Source: Camelus dromedarius (Eukaryota). From it: a stretch of 64,000 nucleotides of DNA. The notes below the pieces were generated by a model that searched no databases, was not told where the DNA came from, and saw nothing but the letters and a program-made list of their open reading frames with translations. The DNA lies in NCBI RefSeq assembly GCF_036321535.1, contig NC_087437.1:26104001-26168000 (forward strand), given 5' to 3'. Positions 63,901 through 64,000 of the stretch are shown here, piece after piece. Each line of letters starts with the position of its first letter. Position 1 is the stretch's first letter. Made by a program: the position numbers and the translations under genes.

Positions 63901-64000
63901 AGGCCCTCTAGTTAGGCAGTAATGAACATGCTTGCTGAAATGATGTTATTTATGGGGATTAGCACCGCAAAAAAAAAATATCAGTATCTCATTCTCCAGT

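Noticed and set aside
1..64000. CRISPR arrays, operons or other prokaryotic systems; exons of neighbouring TM4SF1 or WWTR1
   Set aside because: The sequence is mammalian; no regularly spaced repeat-spacer array was seen and no exons of neighbouring genes were recognised

Overview
Mammalian genomic DNA, most likely a camelid (Camelus/Vicugna), judged from five tRNA-Ala-derived Vic-1-type SINEs and cetartiodactyl-type L1 3' ends. The window holds one complete protein-coding gene, TM4SF4 (L6-family four-transmembrane protein), on the + strand. Its CDS is join(33067..33240,33978..34067,44766..44902,51807..51996,54817..54834), 609 nt, 202 aa plus stop, with all introns GT-AG, a TATA box at 32853 and a poly(A) signal at 55432. 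The rest is intergenic or intronic DNA rich in interspersed repeats (L1, MIR, L2, MLT1 LTRs, MER DNA transposons, microsatellites). Almost all ORFs in the supplied track are spurious. The most unusual observations are: (i) a polyadenylated, TSD-flanked retrocopy of the 28S rRNA 3' end, inserted in tandem with an L1 at the same target site inside a MIR in intron 2; (ii) a ~100-bp patch at 59800-59901 apparently assembled from two nearby templates, one direct and one inverted; (iii) an L1 remnant with its 5' UTR fused directly to ORF2, facing the TM4SF4 3' end; (iv) TM4SF4 residues that differ from the human protein as recalled (Cys56, and an RGD formed across the exon 4/5 junction). I find no convincing evidence of a wholly new biological system. 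Repeat subfamily names come from recalled consensus motifs, not from a database search.
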